A stretch of 64,000 nt of DNA, taken from Mobula hypostoma. Lineage: Eukaryota. The stretch is taken from positions 94,428,001-94,492,000 of the forward strand of contig NC_086097.1 of assembly GCF_963921235.1 (NCBI RefSeq). The letters run 5' to 3'. A program made the translations under genes and the position numbers. Below the pieces are notes generated by a model. That model was not told where the DNA came from, did no database searches, and saw only the letters and a list, made by a program, of their open reading frames with translations. Shown piece by piece: positions 39,025 through 52,836 of this stretch. The first letter of the stretch is position 1. Each line of letters opens with the position of its first letter.

Positions 39025-39497
39025 AGCATGGAGCGCAGGCATCTACAGCACATTACAGGCCCTTCGGCCCACAATGCTCGCCAAACCATGCAACCTACTC
39101 TAGAAAATGCCTGGAATTTTCTAAGCTCCATGGTCCCATCTAAGAGACTCTTAAAAGACCCTATTGTATCCACCTCTACCACCATCACTACCAGTGCATT
39201 CTACGCACCCACCACTCTCCGTGTGGAAAGCTTACCCTTTGTACCTACTTCCAAGCACCTTAAAACTGTGCCCTCTCCTGCTAGCCATTCCAGCCCTGGG
39301 AAAAAAGCCTCTGGCTATCCACATGATCAATGTCTCTCATCATCTTATACACCTCTATCAGGTCACCTCACATCCTCAGTCGCTCCAAGGAGAAAAGGCC
39401 AAGTTCACTCAACCTATTCTCCTAAGGTACGCTCTCCAATCCAGGCAACAGCCTTGTAAATCTCCTCTTCACTCTTTCTATAGAATCCATATCTTTC
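39025..39497 (-). mobile_element. CR1 3' fragment nested in a SINE
   Basis: CR1 3' remnant; SINE head at about 38972-39020 and SINE body from about 39498. Confidence 0.7.
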
Positions 39498-39611
39498 CCA
39501 GGTTCAATTCCTGCCACCGCCTGTATGTTCTCCCCATCATTGCGTGGGTTTCCCCCGAGCATTCCGGTTTCCTCGCACAGCCAATTGGTCAGTGTACACT
39601 GTGCTGTGATT

Positions 39612-39903
39612 TAAGGCATCTGTTAGTCTTGCGAGACCATGGATCTGCACCCGGAAAGTCTTCACTCTCCAGGGCGCAGGCCTGAGCAAGGTTGTATGGA
39701 AGACCAGCAGTTGGCCATGCTGCAAGTCTCCCCTCTCCACGACACCAATGTTGTCCAAGGGAAGGGCATTAGGATCCATACAGCTTGGCACCAGTGTCGT
39801 CGCAGAGCAATGTGTGATTCAGTGCCTTGCTCAAGGACACAACACTGGGACTCGAACTCACGACCTTCAGGTCGCTAGTCCAATGCCTTAAGCACTTGGC
39901 CAC
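39612..39903 (-). mobile_element. tRNA-derived SINE, family B
   Basis: Head like family A (B box GTTCGAGTCC) but a different body and tail; 11-bp TSD GTGCTGTGATT at 39601-39611 and 39904-39914. Confidence 0.88.
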
Positions 39904-40667
39904 GTGCTGTGATTAGGCTAGCATTAAATCAGGGGATTGCTGTGCACTGTGGCTCGAAGGACTGAAAGGGCCTGTTCTGCATCTCAATAAATAAAAGTCA
40001 TCTGGGGCATAATTCACAACCAAGGTTTGGACTGGGAGCCCACCTAAACCAGAGGTGGAGGCAGCTGGTGAGAGCTTTCAACAATAGAAATTCAACTCTC
40101 AGATCTAAACCATCATAAGAAGAATGTTTCAGTTTTGAGAACAGACCAGAGAGACCGGGGTTTGTTTACCTGGGTGCCGAGAAGCCTGAGGTAATTAGAA
40201 TTGAAGCTCAGAGATAGGGTAGATAGGAAGAAATCTTCCAGAGCAGAAGTACCTAAAAGTAGAGAGTGGGGTAAGAGGTCTGGAGGGGAATCTGGGGAAG
40301 ATTTTATTTTCACCCAGATGGTGGTTTGGCTTGAATCTATGACATTGAGAGAAGAGTGGAGGCAGAGTCTCTGACAAGGTTTAAATATCTCGAAGTGCAT
40401 TCACACTGCCAAAGCACAGCAGACCAAGAGCTGGCTGATTGGATTAGTGTAGTGATGTATGCCGGCCATTCGACTACCTATCTACACTCATCTCGGTGTA
40501 GAAATAGGCTGCAGGGCCGACCCTGTGCTATGACACAATGGGAAGCGGGTACAGCAGGGGTCTATCAACTCTTGAGACTGGCCTGTCCATCATTCAATAG
40601 AATCATCTCCGATTCAACTGTACATACAGTACTATGCAAAAGTCTCAGGCTAGGGTGCCCAAGACTT

Positions 40668-41655
40668 ATAGAACATAGAATAGTACAGCACATTACAGGC
40701 CCTTCGGCCCACAATGTTGTGCTGACGCTCAAACCCTGCCACCCATATAACCCCCCACCTTAAATTCCTCCATATACCTGTCTAGTAGTCTCTTAAACCT
40801 CACTAGTGTATCTGCCTCCACCACTGACTCAGGCAGTGCATTCCACGCGCCAACCACTCTCTGATTAAAAAACCTTCCTCTAATATCCCCCTTGAACTTC
40901 CCACCCCTTACCTTAAAGCCATGTCCTCTTGTATTGAGCAGTGGTGCCCTGGGGAAGAAGCACTGGCTATCCACTCTATCTATTCCTCTTATTATCTTGT
41001 ATACCTCTATCATGTCTCCTCTCATCCTCCTTCTCTCCAAAGAGTAAAGCCCTAGCTCCGTTAATCTTTGATCATAATGCATACTCTCTGAACCAGGCAG
41101 CATCCTGGTAAATCCCCTATGTACCCTTTCCAATGCTTCCACATCCTTCCTATAGTGAGACGACCAGATCTGGACACAGTACTCCAAGTGTGGCCTAACC
41201 AGTTTTATAGAGCTGCATCATTACCTCGCGACACTTAAACTCTATCCCTCGACTTATGAAAACTAACACCCCATAAGCTTTCTTAACTACCCTATCTACC
41301 TGTGAGGCAACTTTCAGGGATCTGTGGACATGTACCCCCATATCCCTCTGCTCCTCCACACTACCAAGTATCCTGCCATTTACTTTGTACTCTGCCTTGG
41401 AGTTTGTCCTTCCAAAGTGCACCACCTCACACTTCTCCGGGTTGAACTCCATCTGCCACTTCTCAGCCCACTTCTGCATCCTATCAAAGTCTCTCTGCAA
41501 TCTTTGACAATCCTCTACACTATCCACAATACCACCAACCTTTGTGTCGTCTGCAAACTTGCCAACCCACCCTTCTACCCCCACATCCAGGTCGTTAATA
41601 AAAATCACGAAGAGTAGAGGTCCCAGAACAGATCCTTGTGGGACACCACTAGCAC
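40668..41655 (-). mobile_element. Young 5'-truncated CR1 LINE
   Basis: ORFs 41195..41686 (SGVPQGSVLGPLLF..KFADDTK) and 40729..41187 (EYCVQIWS..LERRRMRGD) are nearly intact; flanked by AGACTT at 40662-40667 and 41656-41661. Confidence 0.92.
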
Positions 41656-41670
41656 AGACTTTTGTACAGT

Positions 41671-41937
41671 TTTTAAAGTCTGTCATGAGCCTTGTGGCTC
41701 ATCAGGCTGGTGTTTACGCTGGTTTACATGGCGTGAAGTGACTCCCCTCCACCCCTCAGACACCAGTCTATCGCGAGGTTAACCCTCAGCATTTTTGCCG
41801 GTACCCATTCTCAGCTGGGTGGACTGGAGCAGTGTATGCTTAAGTGCCTTGACACTCACGCTGCCTTGGCCGAGACTCGAACCCACGGCCTTCAGATAGT
41901 GAACCCAACGCCCTAACCACTTGGCCACGCGCCACAC
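41671..41937 (-). mobile_element. tRNA-derived SINE, family A
   Basis: A box TGGCCAAGTGG, B box GGTTCGAGTC; 13-bp TSD ACTTTTGTACAGT at 41658-41670 and 41938-41950. Confidence 0.9.
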
Positions 41938-44900
41938 ACTTTTGTACAGTACTGTAGGAATTTTACGCATTGCACTGTACTGCTGTCACAAAAACAAATT
42001 CATGACATATATGAGTGATGATAAACCAGATTCTGATCTGGATCTCTATTGTGGACTGAGAGTGGGAAGGGGACAGGGAGAGGGGAGTCATGGTTGGGAA
42101 GAGGGGAAGGGAGAGGGGAGGGAGCAGGAAGCACCAGAGAGACAGTCTGTAATGATCAATAAGCAATAAACCAGCTGTTTGGAATCAAATGACCTTGCCT
42201 GGTGTCTCAGGGCTGGGGGTGTCTGTGCCTGGGCCATTCCCACCCACCCCGTCCCTCCCCCCCGGTAGTCGTTCTCTGCCACCTGACCTACACCCCTCCC
42301 ATGGCACTCACCCTCACCATTCTCAACATCCTTTGCTCCCGTCAGATTTGCAAACTCCACGTTGACAAGTACAGTACTACGTAAAAGTACTTTTATAAGT
42401 ATATAAGACCTTTGCACAGTATTGTACCTCAGAACCCCTTTCACTGTAACCCTTAATCCCCTAAGTGATTAGAATCCCATCTCAACCTTTAATAGACACA
42501 AGACTCTGGCCCCACAGTACTTGGTGACAAAGAACTCCAAAGACCTGGGCCTCCTGGAGTTGAAACTACTCGGCTCTGAAGGCCCATGCAGGTGGTCAGC
42601 AGTGGGGTTCTGTCCCCGGGGACTGCTCACGAGGTAGAAATGGACATTAGCACCATGGGAAGGGATCACAGAAACAGCTGTGAGTGACAGGAGAGGGAGC
42701 AGGCACACGAGTGGTATCCAGTCAGCTTCACCTTCGCAGTTAAGTGAGTATGCTCAGATGGACTCAACCCAATTGCTGCAGCATGCCATGGTGGCATGGA
42801 GTGGGGGAGGAGAGGAGGGGGAGAAAGCACACAGAAATGCTCCTTTCCTACCCATCAGAGGAATTACGCAGCCCCTAAGTATCTGACAAGCCTATCCCAC
42901 CAGTCTCCCAAACATTCACGTGTATAATTTGGGGATTTGTAACTTGGGAAGGACTGGAAAGTGGCAAGGAGGAGGCCTTGCACCAGCTCGAATATGACAG
43001 TGCGGTCTGTGTTCTAAAACAGAAAACCTCTGAACGCAGCAGACCCCTTCAAACATTTCATCTTTGAATCTAATCTACTGTACATCTGACCTGACCCGAC
43101 CTCAATAGTATGTAAAGGAGGGAGATTAACCCCCCACACTAAACTGAACCTGTACCTGACCCAGTGTGCAACTTCCTGCAGATACAAGAGACTGCACGTT
43201 CCAGAATACAGAGCAGTGCTCATTGTTGATGAAACTTTGTGGGTCTGGCAGAATCTGTGGAGAGAAATGGACAGTCGACATTTTGGGTCCAAATGGAGGG
43301 TCTTAACAAAAACATCAACTATCCATTTCCCTCTACAAATGCTGTCAGGCTCATGGAGCTCGAGATCAGTTATCATTACTGACTTAGGAGGAGAAATTTG
43401 TGCTTTTGTGGCAGCTGGACCATGCAAAGACATAAAAATTACCAAAACATTACAAAAATATCATGCAAAAAAAAGCAGTAACATGGACCATTCAGAAACC
43501 TGATGGAGGGGAAGAAATCTCTGAGGGAATCTTTAGGCTCCTGTAGAGATCACGTTTCAGATGATGAGGATTTTTATTAATGGATGCCGCCTTCTTGAGG
43601 TACTGTCTCATGAAGGTGTCCTTGAAGGCTGTGCCCATGATGAAGCTCACCAAGTCCACATTCCTCTCCAGCCTCTTACGATCCAGTTTTCATACCAAGC
43701 AGTGATGCAAACAGTCCAAATGATCTCGACCATACAAATCTGCAAGAGTCCTTGATGAGGTACTAAACCTCCTCCTAAAGAGGTGTACCCTCTCTGTGAT
43801 TCCATCTACGTGTTGGGCCCAGATCCTTGGGAGATGTTGATGCCCAGGAACTTGAGGCTGCTCACTCTTCCCACTGCTGACTCCTCAGTGAGGACGGCTT
43901 TGTGTTCTCCTGACTTCCCCTTCCTGGTCCACAATGAACTCCTTGGTCCTGCTGACGTTGAAGCAGCTCAACCTGCTCACTGGGCACTGGCGTGGTCGCT
44001 CACATTTTGAAGCAGCTGAGAACCTCAGAGTGCAGCAGTGAGAGGTTGGAGATGTTGGTCAGATCAGGTGTTCAGTACTTAGTCAGATACGCTTTCAGGG
44101 CTCAAAGCCATGAGGATTCATCCTCTTGAAGGATGTTGGCCTCTGAGGCAGATGACAAGTTTCTCCAGCATGTTAAGTGTTGCTGCAGACCTCCTGTGGT
44201 CTCCAAACTGAGCAAGAGCAAACCCTGTAGACTTGGGGAAGGGGAGCTGCATGGTTTACACACAACCCCCGCAGTGTTGACATCTCAGTGCCCCCGTTGG
44301 CCCTCCCACCATTGGGTGAACGACATTTAAAAGCAGTTTTCCTCTCATCAGTAACCCCCCAAAAGAAATCCTTCAGAAGATCTTAAAATTTAAACAAGAT
44401 CAGGCCATGAAATCAACAAAAACAGAATGGAATAGCAAGGATGTTGTGCCTGCCCCTAGGCCCTTGGTGCTCAAAAGGAAGACCCAGCCATGGGAAGAGT
44501 AGGAGGTACAATGCCATTCTCCTGCACTTCAGTGAACAGCAGGCTTTTCTGCAGAAGAAACAAAAGGAAGCAAAAGTGATCCATCACCACATTGGCAGTG
44601 AGCCTGTCTAGACTGGACAGCAGATCTGAAGGTGTGGCATCCTTACAGTGAGACCATTGACTTCCCACCATCTCCTTGGGCATGCTCTGCTCTTTCTAAT
44701 TATAGAACGAGGACCGCTGGTATCAATCAGGAGAGGGTCATTATAAGCGGAGAGAAAGGGATGGAGCAGTGACTTCAGACCCTGCTTGAGAAGAGTTAGG
44801 ACTGGCCCAGAGGGAGGAGGTTACCACCAGTTCACTCCTGACCAAGGGCAAACATTTCAGACCACACAAGGAAGGAAAACTGATTCACATAAATGGTGCC

Positions 44901-45674
44901 TCTCACAATCTGGAGATCTTCACAGCTGCTGAAACCTTTCAAACTTGGGCTTGAATTGCAAAGGGACGGAGGGCAGGAGAGCAGGGGAAGGGGGTGCAGT
45001 AAGTGTATTACCAATGCACCCATGGGGAGTGGGATGACAATAGCTTCGGTCTCAAATGCCTTGCCCATCCTTCCTGACTAGAGAGCAATTGGCCTGTGGC
45101 TGGTCATCGAGGGCAGGGTGGTGGGAGATAGGAGAAGGTAGTGGTGGGGCAGAGGGAGAAGCACACTGATCTGGTGCTTACCAGCATTGGAATCATTCAT
45201 ACAGTCATTTGGAATTGGGATATAGAGGTGAGGGATTGGGAAGAGGAAATATCCTGGCAGCCGAATCGGGAGCAGCTGTTTATGGAAGACAGGTGACGGG
45301 AAGAATTGGGAATGGAAGCTGAGATGAATATTTGATTTTCAGGAGATTGCTGGATTGTAGGGACATTGGGGTACAGGTGCAAGGTTTGAGGGGGAAGGTG
45401 GTAGATTGGGAGGGTTGTTTTAGTATAAGAGCTGAGAGAGGCAGTACAAAGCTGGAGGAAAACACGACATATTCTACCTCTCAGGTTGGTGTTGGCGCTT
45501 TTAAGATCCTAATTGCCAGGGATGGGTGGTCTCAGAACAGCAAGATCCAAGATCTGCCCCTCTTCCCCTACCACCGTTAAACGGGGAACAACGTGATCAC
45601 ATCTCTCCCTGGTGCAGATACCGCTTGAAGTGGCAAGGTGAGGTTCTGAAAACAGAGAGGGTTCATTCACTGGC

Positions 45675-45945
45675 ACAAAAGATTCTGCAGATGCTGAAGA
45701 TCTTGAGTAACACACACAAACTGGTGGAGGAACTCAGCAAATCAGGCAGCATCTTTGAAGGGGAATCAACAGTTGACTTTTCAAGCTAAGACCCTTCATC
45801 AGGACTCTTTCTCGACTGAGATCGAAGCCAGAGACTGAGGCAATGGGGTCTGATGAAGGGTCTTAGCCTGAAACATTGACAGTTCATACCCCTCTGTAGA
45901 TGCTGCCCGATCTGTTGAGCTCCCCAAGCATCTGCGTGCAGTGCT
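45675..45945. mobile_element. Palindromic PLE-derived element with a spacer, two decayed hammerheads back to back
   Basis: GACCCTTCATCAGGAC is inverted against GTCTGATGAAGGGTC..GAAACATTGAC; CAGGCAGCATCT and AGATGCTGCC arms. Confidence 0.75.
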
Positions 45946-46944
45946 CTTTCAATGGCACACTTACACCTGGATACTTGTCACAAGCAGGACCTTCTTTGGA
46001 TTAGCTCAATTTTCAATTAACACACCAGCGCAGTGCAATTCAGCCCTCATTGAGTTGTGCACACAGCATGATCCCATGACCAGTCATGTAAATGAGCAAA
46101 TACCTTGCTCGTCAGCCGATATGAATCGGAGGGCCAGTACACCAGGGAGAAGCGTCCTTTTCCTGACTGGTAGCTGCTTCATGTCAAGCTAAGAACGTAG
46201 ACAGAATTTAGTTCAGTGTCACCAAATAGAAACACACAGCGCTTGAAGAAACTGAACAGTCCAAACAACATTCGTGCAAGGTTGCATTTTATTCTAACTC
46301 TCTTCCCCACACCCACACAGACCTGTCCGCTCTCAGCCCTTTCCTTTGCTATGGGAGGCCACACGCAAACAGGAAGGACAACATCCCATATTCCACCTGG
46401 AATAGAGAACTCAGGATCTTCCACTTTCAGATATCCCACATCCCCGGCGCTCTCTTCCCACATACACGCTTGCCCCTCCACCCGATTCTCTTCTCCCTCC
46501 ATTCCGTCCTGGTTCCATCTTCGTATCATGCCCTCCCCATCCATTGGTAAGCTCCACAGTAGGTTCCCTTAGTGGCTTTATCCATTCCCTGCCAGACTCC
46601 ATCCCAACCTCCCCTCTGAACTGACAATCTATCCTCTTCTTCTCTCTGTCCTGTCCTGATACAGGGCCTTGACTTTTGCCTCCACAGATGCTGCCTGACC
46701 CACCAAGTACTGCCAGTGTCTGCAGCCTCCATGAAGACATTTCTCCAGACTGCACTGACCCACTAGAATGCACAACGCCCTCCATAATTCTATCTCATGC
46801 ACTGACCTCAATTGCATTTTCACTCCTCACCTCGCTGATGGCTACAGAGACCACTATTAACAGAATACACTGCAAGTCCAACTCTCACAGCATGGAAACA
46901 GGCCATTTGGCCCACCAAGTCTATGCTGACCATCAAACTCCCAT

Positions 46945-47815
46945 TGGATGACTTGGTCAGGCTGGGTGAGTAGGATGATGCATAGCAGATGCAGTTTATT
47001 GTGGATAAATGTGAGGTTATCCACTTTGGTGGTAAGAACAGGAAGGCAGATTATTATCTAAATGGAGTCAAGTTAGGAAAAGGGGAAGTACAACGAGATC
47101 TGGGTGTCCTTGTTCATCAGTTACTGAAAGTAAGCATGCAGGTACGGCAGGCAGTGAAGAAAGCTAATGGCATGCTGGCCATCATAACAAGGGGAATTGA
47201 GTATAAGAGCAAAGAGGTCCTTCTGCAGTTGTACAGGGCCCTGGTGAGACCACACCTGGAGTATTGTGTGCAGTTTTGGTCTCCAAATTTGAGGAAGGAC
47301 ATTCTTGCTATTGAGGGAGTGCAGCGGAGGTTCACAAGGTTAATTCCCGGGATGGCAGGACTGTCATATGTTGAAAGATTGGAGCAACTGGGCTCGTATA
47401 CACTGGAGTTTAGAAGGATGAGAGGGGATCTGTTTGAAACATATAAGATTATTAAGGGATTGGACACGCAGAAGGCATGAAGCATGTTCCCACTGATGGG
47501 TGAGTCCAGAACCAGAGGCCACAGTTTAAGAATGAGGGGTAGGCCATTTAGAATGGAGTTGAGGAAAAACTTTTTCACCCAGAGAGTGGTGGATATGTGG
47601 AACGCTCTGCCCCAGAAAGCAGTGGAGGCCAAGTCTCTGGATGCTTTCAAGAAAGAGATGGATAGAGCTCTTAAAGATAGCGCAATCAAAGGTTATGGGG
47701 ATAAGGCAGGAACTGGATACTGATTGTGGATGATCAGCCATGATCACAGTGAATGGTGGTGCTGGCTCGAAGGGCCGAATGGCCTACTCCTACACCTATT
47801 GTTTGTTGTCTATTT
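46945..47815 (+). mobile_element. Young 5'-truncated CR1 LINE
   Basis: ORF 46989..47480 (KCEVIHFG..RPHLEYCVQFWSP..QRRFTRLIPG) and 47484..47723. Confidence 0.92.
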
Positions 47816-48651
47816 ATACCATTTGCATTTTATTCCACCGGACTCTAACACTCACTTTCCCAGAGGTAATTTACCGTGCCCTATTAACATGATTTGCCCG
47901 TCTTTAGAACGTGGGAGGAAACTGGAGATCCGGCAGGAAGCCAACGCTGTCACAGAGGGGATGTGCAGACTCCACACAGACAGTATGAGGTCAGGATCAA
48001 ACCTGGGTCAGTGAATCTGTGAGGCGGAGTCTGTACCACCCCATCCCAAAGGGAGCTCCCCAATCCCACCGTCTCCATCACTCAGGGCAAGAGAAGCAGG
48101 CGGGAGGGGTCAAAGTGCACAAGGTGCATGTCATCTTGACTCAGAAATATAGAGCTAGGCCTCCATCGCCATTGGGGTTTCGAACTATGTGAGGTCCTCC
48201 AGGAGTTTCAGCCTCTCAGCGAGAACAGCGATAAACAATAAATCTGACCTTGTGACTTTCTGGGAATGTTTTTAGTCTGGAATGGGACTCAGACTCTGAT
48301 CTGGCATGATTCAATGGCCTCTCTGATACTGTATGACTCACACACTGCTATTAGGGATGACAGGTGACAGAGGTTTGGAATGGAACTTTACCCGACAGAC
48401 ACAGAGCCAGCACACCCTGACCTCTGACACACATACAGACTTAACAAGAACTTAAAATGTAACGTGATCAGGCACTGAAACCACACAAATGGATTGCCAA
48501 CCAGACTTTCAGCTGAACTGGAAGAGTCCCAAATCTACATTAACACAGTGGCCTTAAAGACAATGAGAACTGCTGACCCTTTATGGCCACATAAACTATG
48601 ATCTTTCTGTTCTGGCCCACAATGCATTCACATGCAAAACTATTTCATAAA

Positions 48652-48953
48652 ATCAGAAGATTTAGGAGCAGAATTAGGCCATTTGGCCCATTAACTCTGC
48701 TGCACCATTTCATCATGGCTGATCCATTTTCCTTCTCAGCCCCGATCTCCTGCCTTCTCCCTGTATCCCTTCATGCCCTGACCAATCAAGAATCTATCAA
48801 CCTCTGCCTTAAATATATCCAATGACTTGGCCTCCACAGCTGCCTGTGGCAATGAATTTCACAGATTCACCACTCTCTGGCTAAAGAAATTCCCCTCATC
48901 TCCATTCTGAAAGGATGCCTCTCTACTCTGAGGCTGTGCCCTCCGGTCTTAGA
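48652..48953 (-). mobile_element. CR1 3' end
   Basis: Homologous to 22745-22990 and 31930-32240. Confidence 0.8.
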
Positions 48954-51047
48954 ATTTCAGTAGGAATTCAAGCTGGCTTCTGCCATAGCCTTTATCAAAT
49001 CAGAGTTTGCTTAAAAAACAAAAAATAAATGTGTTAATCCCTGCATAATAATTGCATTGTGTATCTCAGAGCAAACGAGCAAGATTATGAATGAACCCCC
49101 CCAAGGATCCATTTCATTCACAGGAGCTGTCTCAGTCCCACATAACTTGCAGGACTTGGTCAGATCCTGTTGTACCCAGTGGAGCCCATCAACCCTACTT
49201 TGTTCTTCATTGCCGAGAGAAGTCATTTCTACCCCATGGAGGGCAGTTACTTTTGTCCCTACCTCCTTTCTGAGATCTTCATTCCATTTTGAATTGTTTA
49301 GATTCAAAAGATTAAAGATAAGCTTTATTTGTCACATGTATATCCAAGCATCAACACATACATGTGAAAGGCATCGTTTGTGTCAGCGGCCAACACAGTC
49401 CAAGTAAGTCCCGGGGGCAGCCCACAAGTGTATCCCCGCTTCCAGTGTTGACATAGTATACCCACATTTACCAACCCTAACCCATATGCCTTTAGAATGT
49501 GGGGAGAAACTGGAGCACACAGACCCAACTCCCGGTGATGGGAACACCCCCCTCCACCACCTCAGGGTGGAGGTACAGTGAACCTCTCCTGGACCATTCC
49601 CAGTCTTGCCTGTACCTCCTTCAGTGACAGGGATCCTGAACCAAGCCCCACGCTTCAGCTGGGAGCTGCCTGTAAGGAGATTATACGTTCTCCCAGTGAC
49701 TGCACAGGTTTCCTCCAGATGGGGAGAACGTACAAACTTCCTACAGACAGCCAGTGGTGAGAATTGAACACCGATCGCTGACTGCTGGCACTGAAATTTA
49801 TTCCACCAACTGGTACACTACTGCACCACCCCAATTCCCATTCCAGTCCTTTTCTGTCAGCCTCTCATGTGGAACCAAGAGGATCCAACTTGTTCAGCAC
49901 ATTTGCCCCAACTGTAGCAGAGGAATATTGGAAGTAGGAGCCAGCCATTCAGAGTTTAGACCATGGCTGCCCTGCACCATAACCCCATTTACCTGGGTAC
50001 ATTTGCCCGACATGAGTCCATCCATCTCAGACTCAAAACCTCTGCGCATCAGAGTTGCCTCATGGTGGGAGGGGGGAGTCAAACTTGGTACCTGTACAAG
50101 ATGCTGCTTCCCGATGCCCTCCCTGAATAGCTCAGCACTTCATTTCAGGATTATGCTCCCAATCTGGCTCACACCCTCTACCATGGGCATTTCTGCTTTA
50201 TCAAGTTCTCAGAACCTCGGGTATATTGCCCCCGGGGATTCTACATTTCCACAGCACCTACCTGGATTTCAAACCTAATTCTCCTCAGTAAAACCCAGGC
50301 TGACAGAGCATCGTTTACGATCTATTTTTGCTGGATAATTAGGCTGCACAGAGACTCACTGCTGGAACAGAGGGATCACCACTGCTTTGGACTTGCAGAT
50401 CAAGGAAGATGGGGGACGTGAGCCTTTTAAACCTTCCTGACAGGATGGTGGAAGAACTAGTACTTGGTTTATTTTTGTTACATGTGCAAAACTGTTGTGC
50501 ATGCCATCCCTAAAGATCATTTCACCACATCAAGGACGCACAAGGGAAAAACAATAAACAGAATGTGCTCCTAGGGTTTGATCTTCTGTCCAACAAGAGG
50601 GGGAAGAAGAGAGAATGTCTAGGTTTTGATTACACTGGCTGCTTTTCTGAGGCAGCAAAGTGTAGACAAAGTCTATGAAAGGACTGGAACATGGACTGTT
50701 TATTCTTCTCCATAGATGCTGCCTGACCTGCTGAGGTTGTCCACCATCTTGGGTTTGTTGTTCTGGATTTCCAGTATCTGCAGAACCTTGTGTCTGGTGT
50801 TACAGAGGGAAGGCAGGCTTCTGGAGATGCTGAACTATGTCCACAACTCTCTGCAGTTTTGGGCAGAGTAGTTGCCATACCAAGCCATGGTGCATCTGGA
50901 TTGGATGCTTTCCATGGTGCATTGATAAAAATTGGTGAGGGTCTACAGAAATCTTTGAGTATTTTTAAGTGAGAGGCAGATACGTTTACTGATAAATCAA
51001 ACAAATGTGGAGTTAAGGTTACCAGCAGATCAGTCGTGACCTTCTTA

Positions 51048-51293
<246 letters not shown>

Positions 51294-52055
51294 CTGCAAA
51301 CACAGAGACAATATTGAATCACTAGTGCACAATTGGCTGGTGTCTTTCTGAGTGATAGAAGCACAAAGGCAAGCCTCCATCATCTTAGCCAACAAAGTAA
51401 GGCAACTAAAAACAGTAGAAGTTAGCCCTTCCTGCAGAACATACCAACTTGCATCTTCCCATCAGCTTCCTCCACCACAGAACACGGCCTCAGTACCCTT
51501 ACGGCAATGGCGAAGATTAGGATCTGCTGTAAGACTGAAAGATGAAGCTGCCAACTGTCCCACAAATGGCAAAGTGATCATGTTGAAGAGGATGTCCTTA
51601 TTTCTTCAGAAAGCTAAGGAAATTCAGTCTATCCCTGATAACCCTCAACAATGTTTCACAGATGCACCGCAGGAAGCAGCCTATCTGGATGCATCACAGT
51701 TTGGTATAGCAACCACTTTGCCCAAGGATGCAAGAAATTGCAGGGAGCTGTGAACACAACCCAGTCTCTCAGGAAAACCAGCCTCCTCTCCATTGTCCCT
51801 GGCAACACTTGCTGGGAAAGTAGCTGACATAATTAAAGACCAGTCCCACCCCAGACATTCTTCTCCACTTCTACTGAGCAGAGATGCAAAGGATGGAAAA
51901 CACAAACCCTGGGCCCAAGGACGGCTTTTGTTGCACGATTGTAAGAATAGACCTCTTGTACGATAAAGATGAAGTCTTGACCTCTCTGTCTGTCTCATCA
52001 TGGTCCTTGCACTTTATTTGTCTGCCAGCGCTGCACGCTCAGTAACCGTAACGTA

Positions 52056-52535
52056 CACTCAGTGGCCATGTTGTTAGGTACAGGAGCGGAACCTGGTGTG
52101 CCCTACTGCTGCCGTCCATTCAGAGACGCTCTTCTGCACACACCTGTCGTAACACCTGCCTATTTGAGTCAGTGTCACCTTTTTGTTAGCTTGAAAAAAA
52201 ACTGGTCATTCTCCTCTGACAAGGTGTTTTCGCCCACATAACTGCCACTCACTGGATGCTTTTTGTTTCTCTGTAAACTCTAGAGACTATCGTGTGTGAA
52301 AAATCACAGGAGATCAGCAGTTTCTGAGATATCCAAACCACCCTGTCTGACACCAACAATCATTCCCAGTCAAAGTCACTTAGATCACATTCTTCCCCAT
52401 TCTGATGTTTGGTCTGAGCAACTGAACCTCTTGACCATGTCTGCATGCTTTTACACATTGAGTTGTTGCCACATGATTGGCTGGTTAGATATTTGCAGTA
52501 ACAGCAGGTGTACCTAATAATGTGATCACTCAGTG
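52056..52535. mobile_element. Non-autonomous Tc1/mariner DNA transposon
   Basis: TA|CACTCAGTGGCCATGTTGTTAGGTACA and TGTACCTAATAATGTGATCACTCAGTG form imperfect TIRs. Confidence 0.75.
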
Positions 52536-52836
52536 AACGTCAGCAGTTTGTGTTTGCATTTCCAGCAACTGCGGAATCTTGTGTTTGCAATGTGCACTCT
52601 GGTTTTGTTTTCCTTCCGTACCACATTGAAGTATGGAATAATCTGTCTGGAGGGTGAGCAAACAAAATCGTTTCACAGTACGTCAGCGCATACAAACTAA
52701 TCACCAGTTTCACACCATGTCGACTAAGGGACAAATACAGGGCAGGAGCAAGCAACAAACTGTTGGAGGAACTCAGCAGGTCGAGCAGCATAGTGAGAAG
52801 GAATTGTCAAGATCCTGCATCAGGACTGATTAAATA

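Larger units (their letters stand above)
40627..42424. mobile_element. Composite Tc1/mariner mini-MITE element, copy 1 (interrupted by CR1 and SINE)
   Basis: TA|CAGTACTATGCAAAAGTCT at 40627 and TTTGCACAGTATTG|TA at 42424; internal segment homologous to 52902-53199. Confidence 0.75.

Noticed and set aside
41675..41740. CTGATGAG plus GAAAC-like motifs in the family A SINE tail as a hammerhead
   Set aside because: GAAA precedes and CTGATG follows the same helix, with no NUH/stem I; the motifs also differ between the two copies (CTGATGG, GTAAAC).
47117..47689. 190-aa minus-strand ORF
   Set aside because: Antisense shadow of CR1 ORF2.
49754..50278. 174-aa plus-strand ORF
   Set aside because: Starts in SINE sequence, has no domain, and is antisense and intronic.
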